A stretch of DNA of 64,000 nt. Origin: Thalia democratica (taxonomy: Eukaryota). Position numbers and translations under genes: made by a program. Where the stretch lies: the NCBI GenBank assembly GCA_965202585.1, contig CBDBBG010000087.1, positions 1 to 64,000 of the forward strand, read 5' to 3'. Positions 61,301 to 64,000 of the stretch are shown here, piece after piece. Numbering within the stretch: the first letter of the stretch is position 1; every line of letters begins with the position of its first letter. The notes beneath the pieces were generated by a model, which worked only from the letters and a program-made list of their open reading frames with translations, was not told the DNA's origin and searched no databases.

Positions 61301-63897
61301 TTTTTATTATTTTTCATCATTTTTACTTGTTTTAAATTACTGCATTAAACTTTTTTTTCGATAGTACTAAATAAGCGTTTAGATTAAAAAAAATCATTTT
61401 ATATAGTAAACAACTTAGAACATACTAATATTAGTTAATATAGTCATTAATAAAAATCTGAATTGATAAAATACTAGTATTTAGACACAAAAAGTTATAT
61501 GCATATTTTTTTTTTTAATCTCGGCTAAGTTCTGATTTTGCTGCTTATCTTGTTTTAAAACATTGATCGTTTTATGAATATCAAGAGAAAATGGTTTCAA
61601 CGTATACAAACCTTTGAAACGATAACATTTTTTGATTTTTCTAACCCCAAAACTTGATACCTTCTTGGCAAAATGTTAAACATTGTCTTTCATTTTTTGA
61701 CATTAACTTACCATGACTTACTAGTAATTTAGTTATTTTACCATAAAAGTGTTGATTATAAATGGATTCTTTTCCTGAAAAATAACTAAAATATTGTTTT
61801 AATAGAATACTTTCAAGATATTTTACTGGTTAGTTATTGTCAAAAAGATGAATAGTTGATTTAATTTTATACACAAAAGAGTACTTTCAAAAAACTGAAT
61901 AAAACAAATACTATTTCTATGCTATTAGTTTAAACTTTTGTTATACGAGATAGCTTAAAATATACTTAATAAACTTATGTAAAAACACGTTTTAGTTTAT
62001 TAAGTGTTTTTGATGTAAATAATACATAATTCACTTACAAAAAGCTCAACTTTATTTTATAACAATAATAGTGTTTCTTAAGATAGGTAAATTAAGTAAC
62101 TTTAACTTTTAGACCTTCCCAAGCAGCTCCAACGCTCCAAACAGTAGAAGAAACTTTACTTAAGTGCAAAGGATAATCGTCAGCTATAAGAAAAGGCTTT
62201 TTACTCACATTGTTTATGTACAAACTGATATTTGGGTAATCAATGTTGAGTAAAACTTCGTATTTTATGTTGTTACAGTTTCCATCCTTAAAAAATTAAA
62301 CAATTATGAGTCATGTTTGAAAAAACTGAATTATACTTTTTTGTAAAGCTTTTCAGCTTTGTATTGAAACAGTTCTTCTTTAACAGCCTAATCTAGATAT
62401 CTAAGCAACACCAATTAAAAACGTTTCAATTGTTTAGATGCAAGTTAATAATTTTTACTATCAGTTTTTCATGCTTTTTTTCATATCCATTTTTTATTAA
62501 ACTATTTCATTAATAAACAATTTTTAAAAATTTGAATTAAAATGTCGTTATATTTATTATTTAAACCATTTTTAAAAGTATCAACAAGTTTAAAGTTTTT
62601 TAACTTGTTTTAATACCTTAAAACTCAAACGACTTATTTAACAACAACAGTAAAACTGCATACAGTAATAAAAAAATTATTTTACTTATCCAAGTACTTT
62701 TGTAAAAAGCCAAGTTTTATAATTTGAAGTGTGAACGATTATGTAAAAATTTCAAATGTTTAAAGGTAAAGCATTTAAAGGTTTTTCAAAAAATTTAGAC
62801 ATTGTTTTGTTTATAAATAATAAAAAAATTCAAGCGTTTAAAGGTTTTTCAAAAAAAAAAAACACATTTTTTTCTGTTATAAATAATAAAAAAATTCCCT
62901 AAAGAAGTGTAGCGCGATATATTATTTAATACTTACTATACCAAAGAACTTTTTAAATTAGACTGAAATCTATAAGAAAGTAATAATTAATTTTCTATTA
63001 AAAGCTTACACAAAACAAGTCAACATAGATTTGAAATTATTTAAGATTTTTATCGGTAACAAAGGTAAAAAATGTCTGAGCTTCACTTGAAAATACTAAA
63101 TTATGCATAAGTATGAAGAACGTCATCTTAAAATAAACTTCAGCATTTTCAATTTATAATTCAAGCTTCGAATTTTAAAGTTTGTTTTGAGTGTTTATTT
63201 TTACGAATATATAAAAATAAAAATTTGAATAAAATTTAAGTATTATGCAAAACTTGTCCAAACTTTGGTTTGCACTTAATTACCAAAAGTATTAAGTAAT
63301 CCTGGGCATGACGTTAAGCTGTTCTGGTATATGACTCGATAACCGAAAGGTTTTTTGTACACCAGGTCCTTGGACCAAACCTTTTGAGCGTATTTTTCGT
63401 CGTTCAATAAACAATAAACAATAATGCAAGTCAAAACAATTTTATTGTATAAGATTTCTAATACTTCGAAATTAATAGATTTCATTTTTATTAGAAATGT
63501 AGTTAAAAAAACTTAAAAATACGTTTAATATTACAAAAAATAAACTATACACGTTGTACAAACAAAAATAAGTAATAAGGGGTTTGCTACTATATTTGAA
63601 TTTTTTTTTAAACAACATCTACCTTTATGTACTATGGAAATAATAACTGATAAACATATCAGTTTTAAAAGTTAATAAAAAGTACATATTAAAGTACAGC
63701 TTGTATAAAAGACCTGTTAAATCTAAACTTTAAAATACTTATAACTCTAACACTCTCGTCGTTTAACTTCCAATGCCACTCAGCTGGATTTTGTTGCTTT
63801 ATATCTAGTCGATTTTTGTATCCATTTGGCTTTTTCCTAATCAATAACATAAGATGACAATTTTGCACGTAAATCGCTATATGGTGTCGATTATGAC
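58326..63897 (-). CDS. CLSTN: Calsyntenin-family gene, 3' half (LamG-like region to TM helix and tail); two apparent 1-nt frameshifts; 5' part outside the window
   Basis: Exons: 63897-63752, 62286-62115, 61774-61612, 61084-60954, 60894-60692, 60529-60385, 60032-59890, 59121-58926, 58792-58398, 58343-58326. Recognisable calsyntenin motifs are HNRHHIAIYVQNCHL, PAEWHWKLN, LNIDYPNISLYI...DDYPLH...VGAAWE, CLTFCQEG, CEVTVKGE, the TM helix VPFVVTGICVVLLVVLAIAALI, and MDWDDSAMTITVNP. Confidence 0.88.
59268..59701. mobile_element. Probable degenerate MITE in a calsyntenin intron
   Basis: Imperfect terminal inverted repeats: ATATGGGGTGCACGACTATTCAAATTCTGA versus the reverse complement ATATGTGGTTACATAACAATTCAAATCCGA. 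No TSD could be resolved. Confidence 0.5.
63330..63425 (+). repeat. Short interspersed repeat with an AACC-GAAA-GGTT hairpin core
   Basis: Near-identical to 40355-40450, which lies in a different genomic context. Confidence 0.8.
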
Positions 63898-64000
63898 CTT
63901 AAAATTATTTATGTTTTTTTTTTAAGTTGTAGCTATTATACTATAAATTGTTATAATGTTATTAAAGAAATATGGCAATTAAATCTATAAAATCTTATTT

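Noticed and set aside
62290-63160. Weak calsyntenin-like peptide fragments near 62300-62440, 62720 and 63050
   Set aside because: They contain stops and fall out of order relative to the clear exon at 63897-63752; treated as intron and chance similarity.

Overview
This is very AT-rich animal genomic DNA with spliced genes and two 100-N scaffold gaps (32573-32672, 57743-57842). I found no prokaryotic features, RNA genes or CRISPR arrays. All exon models and alignments were worked out by hand. Most of the window (1 to about 57 kb) is a tandem and inverted array derived from one gene family, a SAMD11/SAMD7-like SAND+SAM transcriptional regulator. It has five components. (1) Gene A (minus, 22125->12760, 13 exons, 720 aa) is complete and intact. 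(2) A second minus-strand copy, A-prime, has two intact 5' exons; its remainder probably lies in the first gap. (3) A plus-strand copy, P2c (about 48.1-56.8 kb), has dead 5' exons, but its SAND exons differ from gene A almost only at synonymous sites, and it seems to have gained a new ATG mini-exon and acceptor. (4) Three copies of a ghost paralog (P1) keep the non-coding modules in order without visible coding exons. (5) An orphan promoter (9.7-10.9 kb) faces the 3' end of gene A. The retained modules are rich in RFX X-box, CRE and CCAAT motifs. The right end holds the 3' half of a divergent calsyntenin gene (minus) with two single-base frameshifts in homopolymers. A hAT-type MITE with an 8-bp TSD and several other small repeats are also present.
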